From NCBI GenBank assembly GCA_040754495.1, contig JBFMCO010000072.1:1-12116 (forward strand): a DNA stretch of 12,116 bases. The letters are read 5' to 3'. Made by a program: the position numbers and the translations under genes. This DNA is from Candidatus Micrarchaeota archaeon. GTDB lineage: Archaea; Micrarchaeota; Micrarchaeia; Anstonellales; Bilamarchaeaceae. Of this stretch, positions 1 to 7,153 are shown in pieces; the first letter of the stretch is position 1; every line of letters begins with the position of its first letter. The notes under the pieces are model-generated. The model was given only the letters and a program-made list of their open reading frames with translations. It was not told the DNA's origin and ran no database searches.

Positions 1-1
1 A

Positions 2-94
2 TTCATAGACTCGTTCACCCGCGAGCTTCCTATGGAATACGCCGTCGAGCTGAACAGGCTCATCGAAGTGCAGCTTGAAGGAGCGGTAGGTTGA
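2..94 (+). CDS. sufB: Fe-S cluster assembly scaffold SufB, C-terminal end (5' partial; not in ORF track)
   Basis: Frame 2 reads [30 protein letters not shown] (TGA 92-94), matching the characteristic SufB C-terminus (ELPxEYAVExNRLI...EGxVG). sufD lies 1.8 kb downstream on the same strand. Confidence 0.93.
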   Translation, partial: FIDSFTRELPMEYAVELNRLIEVQLEGAVG

Positions 95-126
95 GGGCGC
101 GGGGCCGAAATGCCAGGGAACACGGC

Positions 127-906
127 TTAGCCGACTACTTCGACCCGGAACACGACGCACGTGTCATCCTTGTACTTCAGCGTGCAGACCATGGGGTTGG
201 CCTGCGAGTGCTGCGAGGAGGCGTTCACGTATGCTGAATAGACCAGCTCATCCCCGTCCAGGCCGATGACCAGGTAGGGAATGTCGCCCTCGTCCCTGAA
301 CACGCTTGCCAGCATGACGCGCCGGCTGAAGTCGGCAAGGTCGAACCCGTCCTCGCTCGATACCACCGAGCAGCCCCTGAGCTTGGATTTGAGCTCCTCG
401 AGGTCCACCTGCTCTGCGCCATCAGGCGGAAGGAGGCCGTCATAGCCCTTCTTAGCGACGCCGGACGGCGCGTTCAGCACCCCGCGCAGCTCCTTTCCTG
501 ACACGCGCAGGATTGTCAGCGTGCGCCCGTCCGGAGCTGATGCGACGCTGACCTTGGACATGTCTATCGCGGACAGCTCCGGGATGGCGCCCATCTGCTC
601 CGGGGTCCCGGAATACGTGATGAACGCGGAGCTGCGCGTGAAAAGGACGTCCAGCACGTTTCCACCGAGGCGCACCTGCTTCAGGCCGCGCACGTTGCGG
701 ACGAAATTGTCGAAATTGAACCCGGCCGGGTCGGACGAACGCTCCAGCGCATAGCTTTCAAGGTGCTGCCTCAGCGTGTAGAGCCGCAGCGGCGGCGCGT
801 TGAACGGGATTTCCTCGAGCTTCGGGTCCTTGAGGGTGAATGTGAGCGTGGAATCCGCCTCCCTCGGGCGCCTTGCCGCCCCGTCCTTCTTTTTTTCGTC
901 AGGCAT
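127..906 (-). CDS. Hypothetical protein, 259 aa (paralog of 915..1751)
   Basis: ATG at 906 lies 8 nt after the stop of the upstream paralog. Codon usage is typical and the sequence aligns by eye with the neighbour (PRExxSTLxF; KLR..V..S.D.FD..F; Y[VI]NA; YKxDxC). No family recognised. Confidence 0.8.
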   Translation of the reverse strand: MPDEKKKDGAARRPREADSTLTFTLKDPKLEEIPFNAPPLRLYTLRQHLESYALERSSDPAGFNFDNFVRNVRGLKQVRLGGNVLDVLFTRSSAFITYSGTPEQMGAIPELSAIDMSKVSVASAPDGRTLTILRVSGKELRGVLNAPSGVAKKGYDGLLPPDGAEQVDLEELKSKLRGCSVVSSEDGFDLADFSRRVMLASVFRDEGDIPYLVIGLDGDELVYSAYVNASSQHSQANPMVCTLKYKDDTCVVFRVEVVG

Positions 907-914
907 TCAGACCA

Positions 915-1751
915 CTATGGGACGCCGCCCATGTAAAGCGTGCAGATGTCGTTCTTGTACCTGATGCGCGTGATGCCCAGGCACCCTTCCGGGGCAGGGG
1001 GCTCGGCGTTGATGTAGAGCCAGTAGTCCTGCTCCTCGGCTCCGGAGACTATGTAGTAGTGGTTCCCGCTCGCGTCCTGTATGGGCGTCATGAACTTGAT
1101 TCCGTCGGCGAATTCATTCATGTCGAAGAAAAGGTCGGTGCTGTGCTCCACGACCGCGGAGCGGAGCTTCCGCACCACCTCGTCGTGCGAGAAAACCCCG
1201 TCATCGCCAGGCGCGAGGGTGTCCAGGGGCTGGGCCTTTTTCGCTGCCGACTGGGCCGCAATCGCATTGAGCATGTTGAGGTCCTCCCTGGAGATGCGGG
1301 AGAGGAACATCGTCTTTCCGGTCTCGGTCGCGAGCACGTCGCGCAGCTTCAAATCCAGGCCCATGAAGCGCTCGTCCTCGTACAGCGATTCCGGCGCCTT
1401 GTCATAGACCAGCAGCCAGGTGGAGCGCGTCCTTCCCACGATGAACGTGGTGTCCTTTATCGTGAGCTTCCAGGCCCCGCGCAAATTCGGCGGCAGGTTC
1501 TTGTAGCGCATCTGGCCCGAGCCTTCCGGGCTTTCCTCGCAGCCTATGCCGGAATCGTTGACAAGCACCATCATCTTGGCGAGCCTGTCCTTGAGGGCAT
1601 CGAGCAGCTTGTCCGAGGTCTTCGGAAGGAAGCCGATGCCCTCCTCGGCCGCGGGTGCAGCCGTGCTGAAAGCGAGTGTGGACGTGGATTCTCTCGGCGC
1701 CGCCCTTACTGAGGCCTTGCCGGGTTTTTGGTCGTCATGCTTGCCGCGCAT
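915..1751 (-). CDS. Hypothetical protein, 278 aa (paralog of 127..906)
   Basis: Start moved from the track's GTG 1805 to ATG 1751 (MRGKHDDQ...) because the extra 18 codons run through the AT-rich promoter and a TATA-like box lies 22 nt upstream of 1751. Shares motifs with 127..906. Confidence 0.8.
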   Translation of the reverse strand: MRGKHDDQKPGKASVRAAPRESTSTLAFSTAAPAAEEGIGFLPKTSDKLLDALKDRLAKMMVLVNDSGIGCEESPEGSGQMRYKNLPPNLRGAWKLTIKDTTFIVGRTRSTWLLVYDKAPESLYEDERFMGLDLKLRDVLATETGKTMFLSRISREDLNMLNAIAAQSAAKKAQPLDTLAPGDDGVFSHDEVVRKLRSAVVEHSTDLFFDMNEFADGIKFMTPIQDASGNHYYIVSGAEEQDYWLYINAEPPAPEGCLGITRIRYKNDICTLYMGGVP

Positions 1752-1773
1752 GGAATAGAGATTGGCGGAAACG

Positions 1774-1790
1774 CTTTTTAATCCTTTTCT
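1774..1790 (-). promoter_or_regulatory. Archaeal BRE/TATA-like promoter of the paralog pair
   Basis: Minus strand reads AGAAAAGGA-TTAAAAAG, then 22 nt to ATG 1751. The geometry fits a leaderless transcript. Confidence 0.55.
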
Positions 1791-1830
1791 TCCTTTTTTC
1801 AACACTAAATTAGGCAGATATCAGGAATAC

Positions 1831-1838
1831 CTTTAAAT
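1831..1838 (+). promoter_or_regulatory. TATA-like box upstream of sufD
   Basis: CTTTAAAT in an AT-rich intergenic gap, 28 nt before ATG 1867. Confidence 0.55.
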
Positions 1839-1866
1839 CGAGCCTGCCGGATATCCTGTGGTTTTC

Positions 1867-2616
1867 ATGAGAGAGGCAAGCCTGAAGGGAAAGGACAGCC
1901 TTGAGATAACAGGGGACGCGCTTGTCACGATAGAGGACGGGGCGAAGGCCCGCGTGGTCATCAGGGCTGGTAAGGATGCCGCGGTCGAGCTCCGCATAGG
2001 CAGGGGCTGCCATGTCGAGTCATTCATAATACAGGGGAAGGATGCGCACATCACCCAGACGAGCAGGGTCGGGGAGGGCTCAATCCTGCGCACCGCAGGC
2101 CTCTGGCTCTCCGGCGGCGAGGGAAAAATCCACAACATCCTGGAAGGGCCGCGCTCGGAAGCCTACGACCTGCAGGTGTTTGTCGGGCGCGATGCGCACA
2201 GGCTGCATCTCGGCTCGGTTCTCAGGCACACCGGCAAGGATACGAAGGGGGACATACTCGTGAAGGGCGTCGTGAAGGACGGCGCTTCGGCCAGGCTGGA
2301 TGGCATGATTAAGATAGACAAGGGCGGGGCGGGGGCGGAATCGTTCCTCGCAGAGCACGTCATGCTGCTCGATCCGGGCGCGCACGCGAGCGCGAACCCG
2401 GAGCTGGAAATCGAGAACAACGACGTGTCCTCGAGGCACGCAGCTTCGGTCTCGCGGATTGACGAGGAGAAGGTATTCTACCTGATGTCGCGGGGCATCG
2501 GGCGGGATTCGGCGCGCAAGCTCATCGTTGAGGGCTTCCTGGATTCCGCAATCGGCAGGATAGCGGACGAAAAGCTCAGGGAGCTTTTCTCCAAGGAAGC
2601 GATGGCTGCGCTGTAG
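1867..2616 (+). CDS. sufD: Fe-S cluster assembly protein SufD (short form, ~249 aa; alternative GTG start 1858)
   Basis: SufBD beta-helix-type sequence with C-terminal motifs PELEIENNDVSSRHAASV (conserved His) and FYLMSRGI...ARKLIVEGF. The SufB-type C-terminus is found separately at 2..94. Confidence 0.88.
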   Translation: MREASLKGKDSLEITGDALVTIEDGAKARVVIRAGKDAAVELRIGRGCHVESFIIQGKDAHITQTSRVGEGSILRTAGLWLSGGEGKIHNILEGPRSEAYDLQVFVGRDAHRLHLGSVLRHTGKDTKGDILVKGVVKDGASARLDGMIKIDKGGAGAESFLAEHVMLLDPGAHASANPELEIENNDVSSRHAASVSRIDEEKVFYLMSRGIGRDSARKLIVEGFLDSAIGRIADEKLRELFSKEAMAAL

Positions 2617-2636
2617 ATTTCCCTAAATTCGCAATC

Positions 2637-2684
2637 TTTTTAATGCCACTCTGAGAAATCGCCTCACTAACCTACCAACGAGGT
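2637..2684 (+). promoter_or_regulatory. TATA-like box (2637-2644) and Shine-Dalgarno (2680-2684) for gdh
   Basis: TTTTTAAT in the intergenic gap, and GAGGT 8 nt before ATG 2693. Confidence 0.5.
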
Positions 2685-2692
2685 CTATTGCT

Positions 2693-3802
2693 ATGCGAAA
2701 AGAGGACGAGTTCGGGTTCGAGAGGGTTATCGAGGTATACGACCAGAGGACGGGCATGCAGGGCGTCTGCGTCATACACAACACCGCGCGCGGGCCGGGG
2801 AAGGGCGGCATAAGGATGGTTCCTGACGTTAGCGTCGAGGAGGTCATGGGCCTTGCGCGGGCGATGACCTGGAAGAACGCCATGGCTGATTTGCCGTTCG
2901 GCGGCGCGAAAAGCGGGATAAAGGCCGACCCGAGGAAGCTCACGCCGGAGCAGAAGGAGGAGCACATGCGCGCCTTCGCGAGGAAGATAAAGGAGGTCGT
3001 GCCGGAGCTTTACATCGCAGGCCCGGACATGAACACGACCGAGAGGGAGATGGCGCAGTTCGCCGATGAGATAGGCACGCCGCGCGCATGCACCGGCAAG
3101 CCGGCAAGCGTCGGCGGCCTGCCGCACGAATTAGGCTCGACCGGATTCGGCGTCGCGATAGCCGCGAAGGTCGCGGTGGAGCATTCCGGGAAGAAGCTGC
3201 ACGGCATGAGCGTCGCGATCGAGGGCTTCGGGAACGTGGGCACCTTCGCCATGAAATACCTCCACGGGCTCGGCGCTAACGTCGTCGCGGTATCGGACTC
3301 CAGGGGCACGATATACAACCAGCACGGCCTGAACTACGACGACCTGATTAAGACCAAGGCCGAGAAGGGCACGGTCACAGCGTATGCAAAGGGCGAGAAA
3401 CTCGACGCCGCGAAGCTCTTCGAGATGGACGTGGACATGCTCATACCCGGCGCGCGGCCGGACGTCATCCACAAGGACAACGTGGGCAAGGTGAAGGCGA
3501 AATACGTCATCGAGGCCGCCAACCTCCCTGCGAAATACGACATAGAGCAGGTGCTCATGAAGAAAGGGGTGGTGGTCGTCCCGGATTTCGTCGCGAACGC
3601 CGGCGGCGTGATTTCGAGCTTCTGCGAGACCATGGGCTGGGACCCCCAGGCCATGTTCAAGGTCGTCGAGGACAAGGTCAAGAACAACACGAAGATGATG
3701 CTTGAGCGGGCCACGGACAACGACACGCGCAAGGCCGCGCTCGGGATAGCCAAGGAGCGCGTCCGCGACGCGATGGAGTTCCGGGGGTGGCTGAGAAAGT
3801 GA
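2693..3802 (+). CDS. gdhA: Glu/Leu/Phe/Val dehydrogenase, most likely glutamate dehydrogenase (369 aa)
   Basis: Motifs GPGKGGIR (Lys typical of Glu-specific enzymes), KNAMADLPFGGAKSGI (catalytic Lys), GPDMNT, TGKP, Rossmann IEGFGNVG, EAAN, PDFVANAGGVISS. Confidence 0.93.
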   Translation: MRKEDEFGFERVIEVYDQRTGMQGVCVIHNTARGPGKGGIRMVPDVSVEEVMGLARAMTWKNAMADLPFGGAKSGIKADPRKLTPEQKEEHMRAFARKIKEVVPELYIAGPDMNTTEREMAQFADEIGTPRACTGKPASVGGLPHELGSTGFGVAIAAKVAVEHSGKKLHGMSVAIEGFGNVGTFAMKYLHGLGANVVAVSDSRGTIYNQHGLNYDDLIKTKAEKGTVTAYAKGEKLDAAKLFEMDVDMLIPGARPDVIHKDNVGKVKAKYVIEAANLPAKYDIEQVLMKKGVVVVPDFVANAGGVISSFCETMGWDPQAMFKVVEDKVKNNTKMMLERATDNDTRKAALGIAKERVRDAMEFRGWLRK

Positions 3803-4290
3803 AGGATTGGCTCCCTGCGGCGGCGGCCGTTATCGTCATTATCTTCTTTCTGCTCCTGACATGCGGGATTGTCGCTTTGCTCTTCATCATCCCCCAGCCG
3901 GCTTCCGTAGGCCCTTCCCAACCCAACCAGACAGGCCCGCCAGGGAATGCCACTCCGCCGCCAGGGGGAAACGGGACCGGCCAGAATATCTCCGGGGAGG
4001 ACCTCGCGCTCTGGGACCTCATAACGCCTGCGAACGTGGAGGACGCCTGCTTAAGGAGGGCGAGGGAGGAGGCGGGCGAGAGCGCGGAACTGGTCTATAG
4101 CTGCAGCTGCACCGAGAGCTTGTCGCCAGGGCGCAAGACGTTTGCGTGCGACATAGACACCGCCGACCCCTTCACGAGGTATTTCGCGAACGTAGACTGC
4201 TTCCTGGACGGCGCGGCATGCACGATAGAGACCAATTATGGCACGAAGACAGTAACGTTCGCAGAGCTCGCCGAATGGTACGGAAAATAG
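3799..4290 (+). CDS. Membrane-anchored, probably surface-exposed Cys-rich hypothetical protein (~163 aa)
   Basis: GTG 3799 overlaps the gdh stop (GTGA) and has GGGGGTG about 10 nt upstream; the track's GTG 3787 is an alternative start. N-terminal hydrophobic segment, Pro/Gly linker with sequons NQT, NAT, NGT, NIS, then a domain with 6 Cys. Confidence 0.75.
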   Translation: MKDWLPAAAAVIVIIFFLLLTCGIVALLFIIPQPASVGPSQPNQTGPPGNATPPPGGNGTGQNISGEDLALWDLITPANVEDACLRRAREEAGESAELVYSCSCTESLSPGRKTFACDIDTADPFTRYFANVDCFLDGAACTIETNYGTKTVTFAELAEWYGK

Positions 4291-4304
4291 GCCGCGCACC
4301 CGCG

Positions 4305-4311
4305 TTTCTTT
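4305..4311 (+). terminator. Possible short oligo-T terminator
   Basis: TTTCTTT 14 nt after the stop at 4290. Short and weak. Confidence 0.3.
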
Positions 4312-4334
4312 AGGGCAGCCTTAATTTGAACCAC

Positions 4335-4341
4335 TTTAATA
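4335..4341 (+). promoter_or_regulatory. TATA-like box for the PP2C-hydrolase operon
   Basis: TTTAATA 22 nt before ATG 4364. Confidence 0.55.
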
Positions 4342-4363
4342 CCTTTCGCACCATATAGGCAGC

Positions 4364-5428
4364 ATGCAAGACCGCGAGCTCCGGGCTGTCGCGTCCCGCA
4401 TCAGGGAGTCCGGAAACCCGCTTGCTGCCGGAAAGGAACTGCTTCTCGAGGAATTCCGGAAGACCTGCGGGGTCAGGGACGCGAGGTTGGATGTTACTGC
4501 CAGCTTCGAGATTCTCCGCTCGCTCGTGGTGCAGACCATTTACGAGGTTTCCTGCCAGCCAGGCATGGAGTGGCTCGAGGCAGGCTCGGTCGAGCCCGAA
4601 TCCGTCCAGGCGAAGCTGGAGAGGGCGCTTTATCTGGATGGGGAGGGGCTCGGGAAGGCCTGCGCCGGGGCGGAGTGGCTCACGGATGGCGAGAAGGCCC
4701 GCCTTGCAATGCTCGAGGATAGGGCGATGGGGCATGAGCGCTTCCTCGGCTCTTACAGGAGTTATCTGGCGGGAGCCGGATACGCGGTGAGCGTGAGGAA
4801 GAGGAGCTCCCACAACCAGGATTCGTTCGCATTATACGCAAACGGCGCATCGAGCGCCATTGCCGTGGCTGACGGCTGCGGCTCAGACCGCTTCTCTGCG
4901 ATAGCGAGCCACATGAGCGCTGCGAGGGCCGTATCGCCCGGCCTGGATAAGGCAGCGGTATGCGCCCTGAGCGCTGAGATAGCGCATCTCTTCAACGGCA
5001 CGCTTATGGTTTCGGCTCTCAAGAGCGGGAGCAGCAGCACGCTCGTCGCGGGCTCGGCGGCCGGGCGCGCAAGGCGCGTGCTGAAGGTCGGCGACAGCAT
5101 GGCGTACAGGCTGGCAGTCGTCGGGGATGGGATGCATGCGGAGACGCTGGCGGACACCGCTGAGCTCAGGAACGTAATCGGCCAGGTGGCGCTCCTTCGG
5201 GAAAGCGAGGTGGAGGAGCATTCGAGGGAGGGCGGCAGGCTCGTGCTGGTCAGCGACGGCGTGACGTACTACCTGCAGGATGCCGCATCTAGGATAGGGC
5301 ACTGGGCCGGCCTGACCGACGACCCGGTGTTCCTTGCCGAGAAGATAGTCCGCTCGGCGCTGAGGAACCAGGCGGAGTGGGGTCATGCGGACGACGTTAC
5401 GGTCATAGTCCAGGACACGCGGAGGTAA
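4364..5428 (+). CDS. PP2C/PPM-family Ser/Thr protein phosphatase with an unrecognised ~135-aa N-terminal domain (354 aa)
   Basis: PPM motifs in order: HNQDS, AVADGCGS, SSTL, KVGDS, LVLVSDG, DDVTVIV. The metal-binding Asp residues appear intact. Confidence 0.87.
   Translation: MQDRELRAVASRIRESGNPLAAGKELLLEEFRKTCGVRDARLDVTASFEILRSLVVQTIYEVSCQPGMEWLEAGSVEPESVQAKLERALYLDGEGLGKACAGAEWLTDGEKARLAMLEDRAMGHERFLGSYRSYLAGAGYAVSVRKRSSHNQDSFALYANGASSAIAVADGCGSDRFSAIASHMSAARAVSPGLDKAAVCALSAEIAHLFNGTLMVSALKSGSSSTLVAGSAAGRARRVLKVGDSMAYRLAVVGDGMHAETLADTAELRNVIGQVALLRESEVEEHSREGGRLVLVSDGVTYYLQDAASRIGHWAGLTDDPVFLAEKIVRSALRNQAEWGHADDVTVIVQDTRR
5421..5426 (+). promoter_or_regulatory. Shine-Dalgarno for the hydrolase, embedded in the last PP2C codons
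   Basis: GGAGGT 6 nt before ATG 5433, overlapping the PP2C stop TAA (5426-5428). Confidence 0.7.
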
Positions 5429-5432
5429 TGGC

Positions 5433-6362
5433 ATGGAGCTCGCGACGGTTGGCAGGAGCAGGCTGAAAAGGGACCGCATCGCGGCCCCGGGCGGGGTGCT
5501 TGTCGAATACGCTTACGCGGACAATATGAAGCCGCGCACCATCGCGTTCGTGAACGGCTGGGGCACGACGTCGTATTCCGAATGGGCCAAGCAGCTCCGG
5601 ATAAGGGAGCACAACCTCCTTTTCTTCAACAACCGCGGCATGGGCAACACCGGCCTCGGGGACGGCCCATACCTCCGCTCCTGCGCCGGGGACCTTGCCA
5701 TGATATGCGCCAGGATGGGGATTGCCGAAATCGACCTGGTCGGCCACAGCATGGGCGGCCTGATAGCCGCGCTTTTCTTCAGCGAATTCCGGCAGTCGGT
5801 TGCCGTCCGCTCGATGACGTTCGTGAGCTCCCCGGACGGCGACCCGCTCGCTGCCTTCCCGTACCGGAGGCTCCTGCCCCCGGCGGCGGTGGACAGGATG
5901 ACAGAGTCGCTTGAGGACGGCGTCCTGTCCGACATCGCCCATATCATCGAAAGGAGGAGGATGTTCGAGAAGCTCGCGTACGCGGCGACGCGGGGCATCG
6001 GGGTGAACGTGGAGGAGCGCGTATTCTCCGCCCTCTACCATAATTTCCTTTCCAGGAGGAAGGCCGTGGCTATTGCCCTGAATGACATGCGCGAGCACGG
6101 CAAAGCCATCGGGGAGGGCATGCGCCAGATAGACGTCCCGGCGCTCATCGTCCATGGGAGGAACGACTTTTTCGTCTCGCCCGAGGCGGCACGCAGGATG
6201 CATGAGAGGATAAATGGCTCCAGGCTGTGCTTCATGGACCGCTCCACCCATGCGCCCATGTTCGAGCAGCCATCCCTGTTCAACAGCATGCTCCTTTCCT
6301 TCCTTGCCGAGTGCGGGCCGGCCGGGGCCGCCGCAGAGGGGAGCGGGATAAATAACATTTAA
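5433..6362 (+). CDS. Alpha/beta-fold hydrolase (309 aa)
   Basis: Nucleophile elbow LVGHSMGG, oxyanion region FVNGWG, NNRGMG (a variant of DxRGxG), acid in IVHGRNDFF, His in STHAPMFEQP. Confidence 0.9.
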   Translation: MELATVGRSRLKRDRIAAPGGVLVEYAYADNMKPRTIAFVNGWGTTSYSEWAKQLRIREHNLLFFNNRGMGNTGLGDGPYLRSCAGDLAMICARMGIAEIDLVGHSMGGLIAALFFSEFRQSVAVRSMTFVSSPDGDPLAAFPYRRLLPPAAVDRMTESLEDGVLSDIAHIIERRRMFEKLAYAATRGIGVNVEERVFSALYHNFLSRRKAVAIALNDMREHGKAIGEGMRQIDVPALIVHGRNDFFVSPEAARRMHERINGSRLCFMDRSTHAPMFEQPSLFNSMLLSFLAECGPAGAAAEGSGINNI

Positions 6363-6365
6363 AAA
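6358..6365 (+). promoter_or_regulatory. TATA-like box upstream of the HEAT-repeat gene
   Basis: TTTAAAAA overlapping the hydrolase stop. A second candidate, CTTAAG, is at 6368-6373. Confidence 0.45.
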
Positions 6366-6421
6366 CACTTAAGGACACATATTATGATGGTCCGGCGCCA
6401 GCCCGGGACAAGACTGATTGC

Positions 6422-7153
6422 ATGAAACGATTCTACAAACCCATGGCCAGGATGAAGGAGCACGAGGAGGAGCTCAGGTTCCGGACCGTGCTGCCCGGGG
6501 CCGGGCAGGACGTGCTTCCGAAGGACATAGACAGCGGCGAATACCGCGTCAGGTTCAGTGGCAGGATAGCCGGCGGCTACCGGGTCAACGTCTTCCGGAG
6601 CGACGGCACCGAAGTGGCACGGGGCGTGAAGCTGCGCCGCTGGGTCTGGGCCAAGACCGTGGAGGACGCGGCCAACGACAACAAGGTGATGCTGAAGCTC
6701 AGCTTCAACGCGCCGCCAGCGCTCGTGATGACCATCCTCGGCGACGGCGAGCTGAGCATGGAGTCGGTCCGCACGGGCATCGAGGACCTCGGATGCTCCG
6801 GCCTGGACTGGCGCATGAACGGAGGCTATCTCCTCGGCAAGACCGCAATGGCCGGCCTGGACATCTCGGATGCCTTTTCCGCGCTTTCCACAGCCCTTTC
6901 CGACATCGACAAGCGCGTCCGCACCAACGCGGCATGGGCACTGTCAATGGCAGCGGAGCAGGGGGCTGACATCGCGCCGGCGGTTCCCGCGCTCTGGGGG
7001 GCCAGCGAGGACAAATGCCCGGAGGTCCGGCAGAACGCGGCGGCCGCCCTGATGAGGCACTTTTCAAACAGAGGCGACAACGAAGGCATCCGGTGCGTCC
7101 TTTGCCATCCGCTGGATGATATCCGGAAGTTCGCCGCGGGGATGCTCAGCTAG
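6422..7153 (+). CDS. HEAT-repeat-containing protein (243 aa) with an unrecognised N-terminal region
   Basis: Two clear HEAT-like units: DISDAFSALSTALSDIDKRVRTNAAWALS and DIAPAVPALWGASEDKCPEVRQNAAAAL. The 3' end overlaps the convergent CPBP gene by 8 nt. Confidence 0.75.
   Translation: MKRFYKPMARMKEHEEELRFRTVLPGAGQDVLPKDIDSGEYRVRFSGRIAGGYRVNVFRSDGTEVARGVKLRRWVWAKTVEDAANDNKVMLKLSFNAPPALVMTILGDGELSMESVRTGIEDLGCSGLDWRMNGGYLLGKTAMAGLDISDAFSALSTALSDIDKRVRTNAAWALSMAAEQGADIAPAVPALWGASEDKCPEVRQNAAAALMRHFSNRGDNEGIRCVLCHPLDDIRKFAAGMLS

Noticed and set aside
873-1712. 279-aa plus-strand ORF
   Set aside because: Antisense shadow of the 915..1751 paralog. Val/Arg/Leu/Gly-rich composition typical of GC-rich antisense frames, with no motifs.
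1752-1805. N-terminal extension of the track ORF 915..1805
   Set aside because: Runs through the AT-rich promoter. ATG 1751 fits the TATA spacing and the paralog's length.
95-1830. The antisense cassette as a mobile element
   Set aside because: No transposase or integrase, terminal inverted repeats or target-site duplication found. Codon usage resembles the flanking genes.
2652-2666. Small hairpin TGAG-N7-CTCA in the gdh 5' leader
   Set aside because: Only a 4-bp stem, expected by chance. No riboswitch or ncRNA features.
2623-6368. Long minus-strand ORFs such as 2672..3127, 3334..3921, 4310..4813, 4883..5479, 5403..6368
   Set aside because: All overlap motif-supported plus-strand genes (gdh, PP2C, hydrolase). 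They are expected stop-poor antisense frames at high GC.
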